Assembly (NCBI GenBank): GCA_964291265.2
Contig: OZ219747.1
Location: forward strand, 1,344,001 to 1,408,000
From: Alphaproteobacteria bacterium
GTDB lineage: Bacteria > Pseudomonadota > Alphaproteobacteria > SP197
Length of the DNA: 64,000 bases
Direction of reading: 5' to 3'
The notes beneath the pieces were generated by a model, which was given only the letters and a program-made list of their open reading frames with translations, ran no database searches and was not told the origin of the DNA. The translations under genes and the position numbers were made by a program. Below, in pieces: positions 21,445-31,421 of the stretch (the first letter of the stretch is position 1; every line of letters begins with the position of its first letter).

Positions 21445-21648
21445 TGCAGGAAGGTCGATGTCGAGCGACGCAGCAAGATCAGGCAGCCCCGCGCGTGCCG
21501 AGGCAAGGCACAGCTCTCCCTTCGCGTTGCGCCACTCCTCGCGCTCAGCACAATCCCCGCGCCAGGGACGAGCGTGTGCTGCCCTCGGCAGCCGACGCCG
21601 CCTTCAGCCAGTCAACCGTCGTCGCAGATGTCGAAAGCCGATCCTCAT
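21445..21648 (-). pseudogene. Remnant resembling the N-terminus of a DUF4338/IS4-associated protein
   Basis: Minus-strand reading TVDWLKAA...RSSLARGLC*..EWRNAKGELCLASARAGLPDLA with a stop and frameshift; recognised from recalled similarity only. Confidence 0.4.
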
Positions 21649-21785
21649 GGACCACTATGTAAGGCCTCATGAACGGCGAGTTAAACACGGCGTTTGACAG
21701 GCCAAGGGGAGTGTGGTTATGGCCGAATCGGATATCCTGTCAGCGGGCGTGGACAATGCAGGAGCGTGAAGGTTTGCCGTCCGGT

Positions 21786-22121
21786 ATGACGCGGGTTGAC
21801 GATGCGCTGCTGCGGCGGATGACGGTGGCTATCGTCGAGGCGGCCGATCCCGAACAGGTGATCCTTTTCGGCTCCCGCGCCCGCGGTGACGCCGGGGCGG
21901 ACTCGGACGTCGATCTGGTGGTCGTCGAGGCGGAGCCGTTCGGGCCGGGCAGGGACCGTGGGGCCGAAGAGACGCGCCTCTGGCGCGCACTCGCGAAATT
22001 CCATGTTCCGAAGGATATCCTAGTCTACAGCTTGGACGAGGCCGACCGCTGGCGCGGCTCCCTCAATCATGTGCTCGCGCGCGCGTTGCGCGAAGGCAAG
22101 GTGCTCTATGAGCGACCTTGA
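21786..22121 (+). CDS. Minimal nucleotidyltransferase (MNT) antitoxin
   Basis: VILFGSRARGD...SDVDLVV motif; overlaps the downstream HEPN gene. Confidence 0.88.
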   Translation: MTRVDDALLRRMTVAIVEAADPEQVILFGSRARGDAGADSDVDLVVVEAEPFGPGRDRGAEETRLWRALAKFHVPKDILVYSLDEADRWRGSLNHVLARALREGKVLYERP

Positions 22122-22506
22122 GCAGGCGCAGGAGCTGTTCCGCGCGGCTGAGAGAGACATTTCGGCGCTTCGCGGCATGGGCGATGCAGCCGTCTTCGCC
22201 GACGAGATTTTCGGCTTCCATGTCCAACAGGCGGCGGAGAAGCTGTTCAAGGCATGGCTCGCCTCGAAGGGCGAAACCTACCCGCTGTCGCACGATCTGG
22301 CGGCTTTGCTGGACATGCTGAGCGCCGACGGAGCGGAGGTCGCCCGTTTCGACGGGTTGGTGGACTACACCCGCTACGCCGTTCGCCTGCGTTACGCGGA
22401 CGCCGACCCGGGCACGTGCCCGCTTGACCGGCTTGGAGCAGTCGAACGGGTGGAAGCGTTAATGGTGGCCGTCCGGCACCGATTGGCGGAAACGGAAGCA
22501 GGCTGA
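22108..22506 (+). CDS. HEPN domain protein (MNT-HEPN pair)
   Basis: FHVQQAAEKLFKAWL, SHDL and YAVRLRY motifs. Confidence 0.88.
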   Translation: MSDLEQAQELFRAAERDISALRGMGDAAVFADEIFGFHVQQAAEKLFKAWLASKGETYPLSHDLAALLDMLSADGAEVARFDGLVDYTRYAVRLRYADADPGTCPLDRLGAVERVEALMVAVRHRLAETEAG

Positions 22507-22525
22507 CGGTAAGCGTTCGGTCACG

Positions 22526-24300
22526 GTGCAGCGAGTCTAGCTGCTGTACTTGCGGGTGTGAGCCCCGCCGGCGCAATTCTCAGTTTGGCGCCGTAGCATA
22601 TCCCACTGGTTCAGGGGTGACCCTGGACCAGCGAGCTGGGATGTAGAAGCCGTTGTGGGCTGGTTGGAACGCAGTGTCCAGCCGGTTCGGTCAGCCAGGA
22701 CGGCGAGCAAACCGGAGGGCCGCAGCGAAAGCGAACGATTGTATGAAGCCACGAAATGACGCTCCCACATGAAGCTGATTTGTGGGGTAAACGGGAATGC
22801 CAAAGGCTTCGTGACTGCCCGATGGCCAGAGTCGATGCGGAAGAACTGAGGTGCACGCATTGGGTTCCCCGGGGTAGAGACGACGGCAATCCGGGACAGT
22901 ACAGCAGTGAAAGATCGGAAGGTCAGGAGGACAGACAGGATGAAGTGACCCTTGAATGTCAAGGACCGCGTCTATAACCAGGATTGGGAAAGGACGCGGA
23001 GTCCTCCTGACTGGCGGATGAGGTCGAGTAAGCGTTGACGGGCGGGACAACACAACCCGTCCCGAGCGAGGACCTCAGGGCTCAGGTGGCCTATGCGGCA
23101 GGTCAAGTCGGTACTCAGAGACCGGCACCGACCGACAGACTGCAAGGTCGAAGGACGGAGCAAACGCTCGGAGATGCCGTGGGTATGGATGGGTCAGCCT
23201 TGACCATGGCGTGTCCGGCGGAAGGCTCCGCACCGAACTCCAAGTGGGTGCCTGATGCTTGAAGCCGTACCCGGGAAAACCGGACGTACGGAATTTTAGG
23301 GGGGCGTGCAGCGAGTCTAGCTGCTGTACTTGCGGGTGAAAGTCCCGCCGGCGCAATTCCCAGTTTGGCGCCGTAGCATATCCCACTGGTACAGGGGTGA
23401 CCCTGGGCCAGCGAGCTGGGATGTAGAAGCCGCTGTGGGCTGGCTGGAACGCAGTGTCCAGTTGGTCTGGTCAGCCAGGGCGGCGAGCGAACCGGAGGGC
23501 CGTAGCGAAAGCGAACGATTGTACGAAGCCTCGAAAATGAAATTTCCCACATGAAGCTGACTTGTGGGGTGTTGGGAACGCCAAGGGCCTGCCCCCAGCT
23601 TGGTGGCCAGAGTCGATGCGGAAGAACTGGGGAGCACGCATCGGGTTCCCCGTGGTAGAGACGACGGCAATCCGGGACAGTACAGCAGTGAAAGGCCGGA
23701 AGGTGAGGAGGACAGACAGGATGAAGTGACCCTTGAATGTCAAGGACCGCGTCTATAACCAGGACTGGGAAAGGACGCGGAGTCCTCCTGACTGGCGGAT
23801 GAGGTCGAGTAAGCGTTGACGGGCGGGACAACACAACCCGTCCTGAGCGAGGACCTCAGGGCTCAGGTGGCTTATGCGGCAGGTCAAGTCGGTACTCAGA
23901 GACCGGCACCGACCGACAGACTGCAAGGTCGAAGGACGGAGCAAACGCTCGGAGATGCCGTGGGTATGGTCGGGTCAGCCTTGACCATGGCGTGTTCGGC
24001 GGAAGGCTCCGCACCGAACTCCAAGTGGGTGCCTGATGCTTGAAGCCGTACCCGGGAAAACCGGACGTACGGAATTTTAGGGAGGCTGCTGGAAACGTGG
24101 TCTATGGTAGTTCTGCGACCCCGCCCGCAATCGAAAGAGCGGTGCCGGACAAAGCCTCTGCCTACGGATGCGCGCGCCAGCGGCCTACCCGACTGCTGGA
24201 AACGTGGTCTATGGGAGAACTGCGACCCCGCCCGCAATCGAAAGAGCGGTGACGGACAAAGCCTCTGCCTACGGATGCGCGCGCCAGTGGCCTACCCGAC
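22526..24300 (+). ncRNA. ORF-less group II intron (outer member of a homo-twintron; 22526-23305 + 24194-24300)
   Basis: 5' GTGCAGCG; domain 5 GAAGCCGTACCCGGGAAAACCGGACGTACGG at ~23261-23291; 3' end CCTACCCGAC. Removing it restores the IS66 end exactly, and EBS1 CGTGAC pairs with the exon GTCACG. Confidence 0.88.
23306..24193 (+). ncRNA. ORF-less group II intron (inner member, 888 nt) inserted in domain 6 of the outer copy
   Basis: Same termini (GTGCAGCG...CCTACCCGAC); domain 5 at ~24042-24072; EBS1 GCCCCC (23591-23596) pairs with GGGGGC (23300-23305). Confidence 0.88.
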
Positions 24301-25058
24301 CGGTGATTGTTGGTGATATTCACCGGTTGAGGATGCGTTTCCAGTCCTTGCGCAGAGGCCTCAGCTAGATGTCTTTTTCGGCTTGTCGTGTTTCTTGTGC
24401 GCATCGTAGCGGCCTCGTCCTTGGGTGGTTCCGACACGGATCCATCCTGACGCCTTGTAGACGGCTCCTGTGTAGCGCGGTATTCGGACGAAGGTTTCGA
24501 TAGGGGTGCGCGTATGGCATGACGGTTTCATTGGCACTACCCTTTGGGCGGGTCCCTCTCGTGGCGATCAGACGGCGAAGGGCAGTTGAGCAAGACCATC
24601 CCACGCTAGAATCCTTGAATGAAGCCAATAGTGCACAGATGAGCCAAGTTTTCATCATGGACATATTCAGGCGGCAAGGGTCTGTCCCTCCCGGAGTTTG
24701 CTGACCTCGTCATCGAGCGAGTGGAGGATGCGTCCGAGCTTGGATGGCACCTTGTCATCGAAGGCCGCCGCCAGGGCAGGGCTGAGTGTCCGCCGGTGGA
24801 TGCGGCACCAGGCAAGAGCGATCCTCTGCCCGGTTTGCGTCAGACGATAGCGATGGGATGACGGTATCCTCTCGATGAGGCCCCGCAGGCGCAGGCGCCG
24901 CAGGTCATAGGTGGCTTGACGTGAGCCATGGGTGTCGGTCGACAGGAGATCGGCAACGGCCTCTCTCATCTGGCGATTGTTGAAGCCCATGAGGAGGAAG
25001 ACATGCAGCAGGATGGCTGCGAGGACTGCCTGGATGCGTGGAGCACCGAAGCGCTTAG

Positions 25059-26841
25059 CCCGGTTCCGTCACCAAGGGGAATGATAGTGGCATGATGGCG
25101 TAATCTTCAGCCTCGGGCGCAGACAAGGTTCACTTTGATTGCGCTGTTGGCGGATTCATGTCGTATTTGGGATAGTTTTTCGGCTCATTTTGGCAAACCA
25201 AGGGGATCGAAGGCCGTTTTTGGCGTTCGTGTCTATGCCGGGACATGCGCCAGGCACACCCCTGGCGACGCCTTCGGGAGACGCTGTGATCAGACTGTGA
25301 TGGGATGCAGCACAAGCTATCCCGGCGGCGGCGCCTGGGCCGCGGCACGCAGGTTGACGAGAGTGCGGGCGAACACCTCCTGCAAGGGGAAGATCGAGGC
25401 AAAGGAGAGGCGAAGCCGGCGCACCGTCTTCGTCACCCTGCCGGCAAGCTTGAACAACCGGGAGCGTATGGTGTCGACGCGCCAGCGGGCACACTCGGTG
25501 CCGTGCAGGCCGACACGGCGCACGATGTCGACGAGGGCGCCGGCAAAGGCCGAGAAGTCCATGCGCAGCTGGTTGGCCCGCATGACATGGCACGACGTGC
25601 GATCGGAGAACAGCCACAACTGCTGATCCTTGATCCGGTTCTCCATGTCTCCCCGAGCACAGTACAACTGCTCATAGAGTTCCCGAGCGCCGACCTCCTT
25701 CCTGGAGATGCTCGTCACAATGTAACGAGCGTTCTTGCCGCGCGGTCCCGGTAGCCATTCCGCCTTGGCCACCACTCGCCGCTTGCGGGACCATGACTTC
25801 TGCGTGCGATACCGCAGATCCCGATACCGTCTGGATGGCTTGCCGGACACCAGACAACGCCGCCTCGACTTGTTGAGTGCCTTCGTGACCATGCTGTTCA
25901 AGCGAGGATTCTGACCATATCCAAAGACATAGTCGACACCATGGTCCTCGCACCAGACCATGATGTCGTCCGTGCCGAAGTCGGCATCCCCCCGCACCAC
26001 GATCCGTGTCCGGGGCCACGTGCCGCGGATCTGCTCAACGATCCGTGACAGCTCATCCACCGAGCCATCCGCCGCGCCATGGTCGGCCGTCCGCAACCGG
26101 CAGCGCAGGATGTGCTCGCCGCAGACGACGAAGAGCGGCAGGAAGCAATGGTGGTCGTAATAGCCGTGGAAGGACTTGCCCTCCTGGTCGCCATGCACCG
26201 GATCGTCGGTGGCATCAAGATCCAGAACAATCTCCTCGGGCGGTTCCGCATGGCTCTCCAGAAACAGGTCCACAAGAAGACAGTCCAGTGCTTCGTGATC
26301 GGCCACGATCTTCTTATAGCGGTCCAGGCTCGCCTCATTCGGATCGCCGAGTTCCAGGCGGTTCAGCGTGCTCGAGGCCGCCAGCACATGTCCACGGTCC
26401 CGCTCGCGAACCCGTCTCGCTCCCTCCACATCGTCGATCCCGCAAGCCAGAGCCAGAGCAGGGTCGTCACGCAGACGGTCATGATCGTTGAGATCCTCGT
26501 AACCCAGAGCCAAAGCGATGATGCGCTGCGCCACCAGTGTCGTCACATCGTGTTCAATGCGACTGGGATCACGATAATCGACAAAAGCGCCAGCGACACG
26601 CTCCGTCACGTTGAAAAGCCTGTCTGCTTCCCGCAACAGAAGCGCACCACCGTCGGAGGTCATGCGGCCACCATCGAAATTGGCCACAATCTGCCGCCGT
26701 CCGAGACCTTCAAACTCCAGTTGTTGTGCTGGACACTGTGTCGCCATGTGGATGGGCTCCTTGGTGCATGTAACTCATTGGTCTTATTCATATATCACAA
26801 ACCCCATCCTCATCAATAGAAAACTTGGTGACAAATCCGGG
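25059..26841 (-). mobile_element. IS1380-family element, copy 2
   Basis: Same IRs and length as copy 1; TTAG on both flanks (25055-25058, 26842-26845). Confidence 0.92.
25317..26747 (-). CDS. IS1380-family transposase
   Basis: 476-aa ORF nearly identical to 19886-21316. Confidence 0.9.
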   Translation of the reverse strand: MATQCPAQQLEFEGLGRRQIVANFDGGRMTSDGGALLLREADRLFNVTERVAGAFVDYRDPSRIEHDVTTLVAQRIIALALGYEDLNDHDRLRDDPALALACGIDDVEGARRVRERDRGHVLAASSTLNRLELGDPNEASLDRYKKIVADHEALDCLLVDLFLESHAEPPEEIVLDLDATDDPVHGDQEGKSFHGYYDHHCFLPLFVVCGEHILRCRLRTADHGAADGSVDELSRIVEQIRGTWPRTRIVVRGDADFGTDDIMVWCEDHGVDYVFGYGQNPRLNSMVTKALNKSRRRCLVSGKPSRRYRDLRYRTQKSWSRKRRVVAKAEWLPGPRGKNARYIVTSISRKEVGARELYEQLYCARGDMENRIKDQQLWLFSDRTSCHVMRANQLRMDFSAFAGALVDIVRRVGLHGTECARWRVDTIRSRLFKLAGRVTKTVRRLRLSFASIFPLQEVFARTLVNLRAAAQAPPPG

Positions 26842-28079
26842 TTAGGCGGATACCCGACGTTCGTCGACGACGACAGGTTGATGCAGGGCATCGAAGGTGG
26901 CTGCTCCGATCGGACAGTCGTGACTGATGCGTTGGACGTCGAGAAGACGTCGGGTGGCGTGGAAGCCGACCTCCTTGAGGTCATCGAGGTTGATCAGTCT
27001 GCGCTTGATGCCGAAGTCGTACGTGTTGTTGATCACCTTCTGCGTTCGCACACGGCCTTCCTTGAAGGACTGCTTGATACGCGAATGCTTGTAGTCCACA
27101 TGCAGCGACGGCTGCACGCCGTCGGTGATGACGCGGGTTCTGAACCGCGAGGTGGTCCGCCGTGTGATACGGCGGTTGAAGATCAACTGCACATGGTCGG
27201 GACGGCCGATGTCAAGGTTCTCGCGCATGATCTCCTCGAACAGGATCCGGCCGTGAAGAGGACGGTCAAACACCTGTGTGAGCGCACACTCCGCCTGGAG
27301 GATCGACAGGTCGTAGCGGATGCCCCTCATCGCGTCCTCGTCGGTGAAGGGATGGGGAAGCCGTGTCGTCCACTTGCGGAACAGCGCGTCGATCCGTGAG
27401 GCATCGATCTCCCCGGCCACGGCCTGCATGATCCGAGGATCGGCACAACTCAGGATGCCGTTGTCGAGAGCCTCGAAGGCCACCCCGCGCTCGCTCAGCT
27501 GACGCTTCAGGTATTCGTGACCATTGAGGCACAGCCTGGCGTTGTACGGGAAGTAGGAACAGAACTTGATGAAGCAGGGACCGAAGTCGTCGTCCACGAT
27601 GTAGATGTACCAGGCATTGACCATCGCCGTGCTGTGAACCAATTCGCAGGACGCCCTGCCCGTCGCCGGATCAACGCGCTTCTGCGTACGCAGGACACGG
27701 GCCTTCTCCTGGGCCTTGCCGACGTAAAGGACACCTTCACCGCCAGACCACAGGCGAAGATACTTCTGTGTCACATCGTCCTTGCGCTCCCCCTTCCTGA
27801 AGCTGACAAGGTCGACACCCTGGTCCCGGGCAAACCGCTCCAGGCGCGTCACAAACCGCCGCGTCATCGGCGCCATCAGAGCCGATGACGGAACAGGATT
27901 GTCCCGGACCTCCCGAAAGAACCAGGCCGCGCCACCACCCGTCTGCAGCATTGGCACATAGGCGTTGAGATACAGCCGGTCCAGACACTCAAGCTCCAGC
28001 GTCACGTGATTCTCAAGGACCTCGCCAACAGACCGTGCTATCGTCATCTTCTGGCCTCCGAACGATGGGTTCCCCACAT

Positions 28080-28340
28080 GGTTATCATAACCAACCCAGC
28101 CCTCGGGCTGTATCAGGCGGATCACACCGCAGAGCGGAACAGCGGGCTCAAGTCCTCTTTCTCACGCGATGCCTCTCTTCGGTCCGAGGCATAGCCTCAT
28201 TAGGTCCGTGGACGCGGGGATGTGAACATCCGCGTCGGTCTGGCCCTTGCGGTCAGGATGGCCATGACACCTGCCCGGCGCGCACGGGCCGTGTCAGGCG
28301 TCATCGACGCTGAGCCTCACCGTGAGCCAGGCTTGACCCT
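28080..28340 (-). other. Dense hairpin array (structured leader RNA or ssDNA origin) upstream of the wHTH-tailed gene
   Basis: Consecutive inverted repeats at 28080-28092, 28097-28110, 28117-28130, 28169-28192, 28211-28236, 28241-28264, 28265-28296, 28298-28310 and 28313-28333. Confidence 0.55.
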
Positions 28341-28517
28341 TTTTTGTCACCGAACTCGCCAATCAATTGGTCCGGCTGCCTGCACAGTCGAGACCACGAT
28401 CGCCTTCACGAATGGTTCCTCACCCGTCTGGTTGCGCCGGGGAAGTCAAGGCCACGTCTTGCCTTCAAGGCCTGCATAAATTGCGCACCGCAGCGCTTAC
28501 GGTGGAGCCATGCCTTC

Positions 28518-28979
28518 TTACAGAGCAATCGCATCCCACAGACACCACGCAAGCAAGCCGAGGAACAGGACGCTGAACGAAACAGGCAAGAAAGTTTCCA
28601 CTGTGGTGAGTTTTGAGTAGAGCTTTAGATCCCTGCCCTCTCCCAACAACTGCCACTCACGCACGAAAGGTCGATAGGGAAGTTGCTCCTCAAGCTCGTG
28701 CAACATCTTGAACTTGCCGCTATTGAGCTGGCGGTAAGATCGGATAACCACACCCCAAGAAATCGCCACGATGCAACCTACAAGGATCAAAAGCAGCAAA
28801 ACTACAGTGCCGGCATCACCACCTACTCCGAACCGCGTTACCAAACCGGCGAGGACAAGAAGAGCGGAAAGGAGGCTGACATAAAGTTGGTTTGCTCTTT
28901 CTCGCCTCTGACTTACCCTGTCGGCAAGCTCAGCGTGAAGCTTGTATAATTCAATGATTATGAGTTTTTCACCAGCCAT
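28518..28979 (-). CDS. Small membrane protein, RipA/SLATT-like putative defence effector
   Basis: ELYKLHAELADRVSQRRERANQLY, two TM helices, W..VIRSYRQLNSGKF...ELEEQLP.RPF..EW and a third TM; low-GC segment. Confidence 0.7.
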   Translation of the reverse strand: MAGEKLIIIELYKLHAELADRVSQRRERANQLYVSLLSALLVLAGLVTRFGVGGDAGTVVLLLLILVGCIVAISWGVVIRSYRQLNSGKFKMLHELEEQLPYRPFVREWQLLGEGRDLKLYSKLTTVETFLPVSFSVLFLGLLAWCLWDAIAL

Positions 28980-29259
28980 CACCGGCCTCCCTTGTTGCCA
29001 ACCGAATTGCCTCATTTATCCGTTTGTCATAGGTCGTATAGACTCCCGCGACAATCAATACAACACTACATGGCGTTATCCGTCACTGGATGGCGTTTCG
29101 CAATGCAGAAGGGGAAGTCGCGTTATGGACTGGATCATTCCAAGGGGATGAACAGCGCCTCAAGCCAAAATACGTTCTCGAATTCAACAATTTTAGGAGC
29201 CGATCATACAGGTCACTATAGTTCCACAAATGGCTGATGAAGAGGCACGGTGTTCTCAC
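28969..29259 (-). pseudogene. TIR-like (DUF1863/ThsB-type) domain pseudogene
   Basis: Hand translation: LFISHLWNYSDLYDRLLKLLN...DPVHNA...AIQ*RITPCSVVLIVAGVYTTYDKRINEAI. Internal TGA at 29085-29083; C-terminus truncated. Confidence 0.7.
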
Positions 29260-29469
29260 GGTGTCATCTCTACATGGGAGGCCACAAATTGAAGTATCAA
29301 CTTGGGACTGTCAAGATTCAAGATTCTGGTTAGTGACAGCCGGAGCGCCGTCACTAAGCGGGTCTGGACGAAGGCCGCTTCGCGGCCATGGGTGCTTGTG
29401 ATCGGGCACTGTGCTGAGCGTTCGATGTGAGTGGTTGTGTTGAGAGATCGACGTTCCTGATGTTTCGAT

Positions 29470-30204
29470 GATCTGATCGAGGCTCCACACTTCCTGGTCT
29501 CCCGGGTGTTCGGGAGGACAAACAACCTCCAGGCGGCGCTGCCGGGCAAAGTCCGGGATCACCGCCAGCTCGGCTTCGGAGAACAGCACCCCGGGCTCGA
29601 GCCACGGCGTCTCGCGCCCGTGCGGGGCCAGGACCGACAGTCTCCAGGCAATGACGGCGCGCGGGCGATAAGCCCGTTCGACGCGTTCCCGCGTGCGATG
29701 GTCTTCCGTCTCCACGTCGAAGCCGGACTTGAGGATGCGGAAGAACTCCTCGATGCGCCAGCGCGTCCGGTATCAGCCCAGAGCGGTTGCCACGTGCATG
29801 TCCTCAGTCCCCCTTCAGCCGGACGCTCGGCGGTCAGCAGCAAGCTGGTGCAGCGCCTCGTCGTCGTCGCCGGTTCCGGCCTCGCAGGCCAAGACCGCGA
29901 ACAGAGACACAGGCACCGGCTTATGCTCCTGTTGCGGCAGTATCACCGCGATCACCGCCGTGCGGATCTCGAGACGGACAACACGCTCCTTGCAGGCGCG
30001 CAAGACGCCAGCGGCCGGGATCGTCAGCTCCGTCCCCGCCATGGGCCGCCGCGCGGACGCGTCCTTCCCAGCGCGTGGTGCATCGACATCATCGCCTTCC
30101 CGAGCCGGCGATCGTCGGCCCCGCCTACCGGTTCGTGCGAAACCGGGCCGGGGTCCTCCAGCAGGCAGGCCAGCCTGGTGTGGCCGGGAATGGTGTCTGT
30201 CGGG
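29470..30204 (-). pseudogene. IS4-family (IS50/Tn5-like) transposase remnant
   Basis: Frameshifted pieces WLLLT.E, YRTRWRIEEFFRILKSG and AVIAWRL...RETP...LFSEAE. Confidence 0.7.
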
Positions 30205-31421
30205 GTAACTGCCCAGGTCTGATTTTGCCGAGTCCTGACGGGAGGTGGATTGATGGCTGCGGTCTGATGGCGCCGAGGAGGGATGTCAGAAGCGCAGTTT
30301 CGGGATCAGCTGTATGGGATCGGGGTGGGCCAGTGTTTCGAGGACATTCCAGCCCTGTTTTCGGGCGATGGAGATGACGGATCGCAGCTTGGCGAAGTCC
30401 CATGCGCCCTGCATGGATCGGAAGCCGCCCGAGATTTTCTGGCGCAGCTTGCTCATGCGGAAGTCTTGCTCGGCCTGGTTGTTGGAGAACGGGACTTGCG
30501 GGTTGGTGAGGAAGCGCAGGCAGCCGTCCTTGTGCTTCTGAAGGCGAAGCGCGAGGTTGTGGCCGATGCGGCGTTTTCGTCGTCCGCGCTTTCCGGGCTG
30601 GAGCGGCGGCCTCTGTTCGTGGGAAGCGATGGCCTGCTCGAGGATCCTGTCCCAGGTTTGCGAGATGCGGGCGAGGAGTGAAGCGGGGATGTCGCGGTCG
30701 TTCTTGCGGGCGAAGCGGGCGGCTCTGTTGGCACGGATGAGGAGCCTGTGCATGGCGGTGGCCCAGTCTTCCTTCTCGGTCTCGATCAGAGCCTGGAGTT
30801 CGCGCAGGTGATGGGCGTTGCAGGCACCGTGGCGCACGCCCTCGAGAGTGAAGTAAGTGGCCAAGTCGTCATGGATGACGATGCCGTTGAGCGTCTCGTC
30901 GATGTGTTTGCGCCCGGTGGCGATGCGCAGGATGGTGAGCAAGGGGGTGCACAGCACATGGAGCCAGTGGGTCTGGCCGTTGATGCGGATGCCGGTCTCG
31001 TCGAGGTGTTTGACCGGTGCTTGGGTGCGGTGTGCCAGGTGAACTGGCGGAAGGTAGGGGGTGAAAGTCCCCTGGAACGAAGGAGTAACCAAACCACGTT
31101 TCTCCGCGAGCCGTGCGTCGGTTCCCGCGAGGGGGCAGGCGAAGCGTCGGTAGCGGTGCGGATGGGCGGGGCTAATGAGCACCGAAAAAGCAGTCATCCG
31201 GGGTGCCGAGGCTTTCGTACCGGTCGAAGGCAACATCGCAGGCATCGATTTGGTGAGATGTCGACGAGCGGTGTCCGAGAACCCATGCACGTCCGTACGC
31301 CTTCTGTTGGGACCCTGGGAGGTCTTCGAACTATCCCGCCTGTCGTGGCGGGATCGTGTAGGGAAAGGAGAAAGCCGAAGCCTATGATGGATGGTTTGAA
31401 GAAGTCGGATGGGGCCGTAGG

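Larger units (their letters stand above)
22509..24505 (-). mobile_element. Right-end remnant of the IS66/DUF4338 element, split by a twintron
   Basis: GTAAGCGTTCGGTCACG (22509-22525) plus CGGTGATTGTTGGTGATATTCACC (24301 onward) matches the reverse complement of the right end at ~61935-61974 (IR intact here). The DUF4338 3' remnant extends to ~24505. Confidence 0.85.
24667..28047 (-). pseudogene. Uncharacterised mobile-element-type protein (~530 aa) with C-terminal winged HTH, interrupted by IS1380
   Basis: MTIARSVGEVL..LDRLYLNAYVP, FIKFCSYFPY...LNGHEY; after the IS it continues RFGAPRIQ...TYDLRRLRLRGLIERIPSSHRYRLT. SD GGAGG at 28059-28055. Confidence 0.7.

Noticed and set aside
22526-24300. 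Simple tandem duplication or assembly repeat
   Set aside because: The order is A(5')-[full copy]-A(3') with precise intron termini and copy-specific EBS-target matches, which fits nesting rather than tandem duplication.
19628-26841. Composite transposon formed by the two IS1380 copies
   Set aside because: Copy 2 has its own TTAG duplication inside a gene, and the outer flanks do not match.
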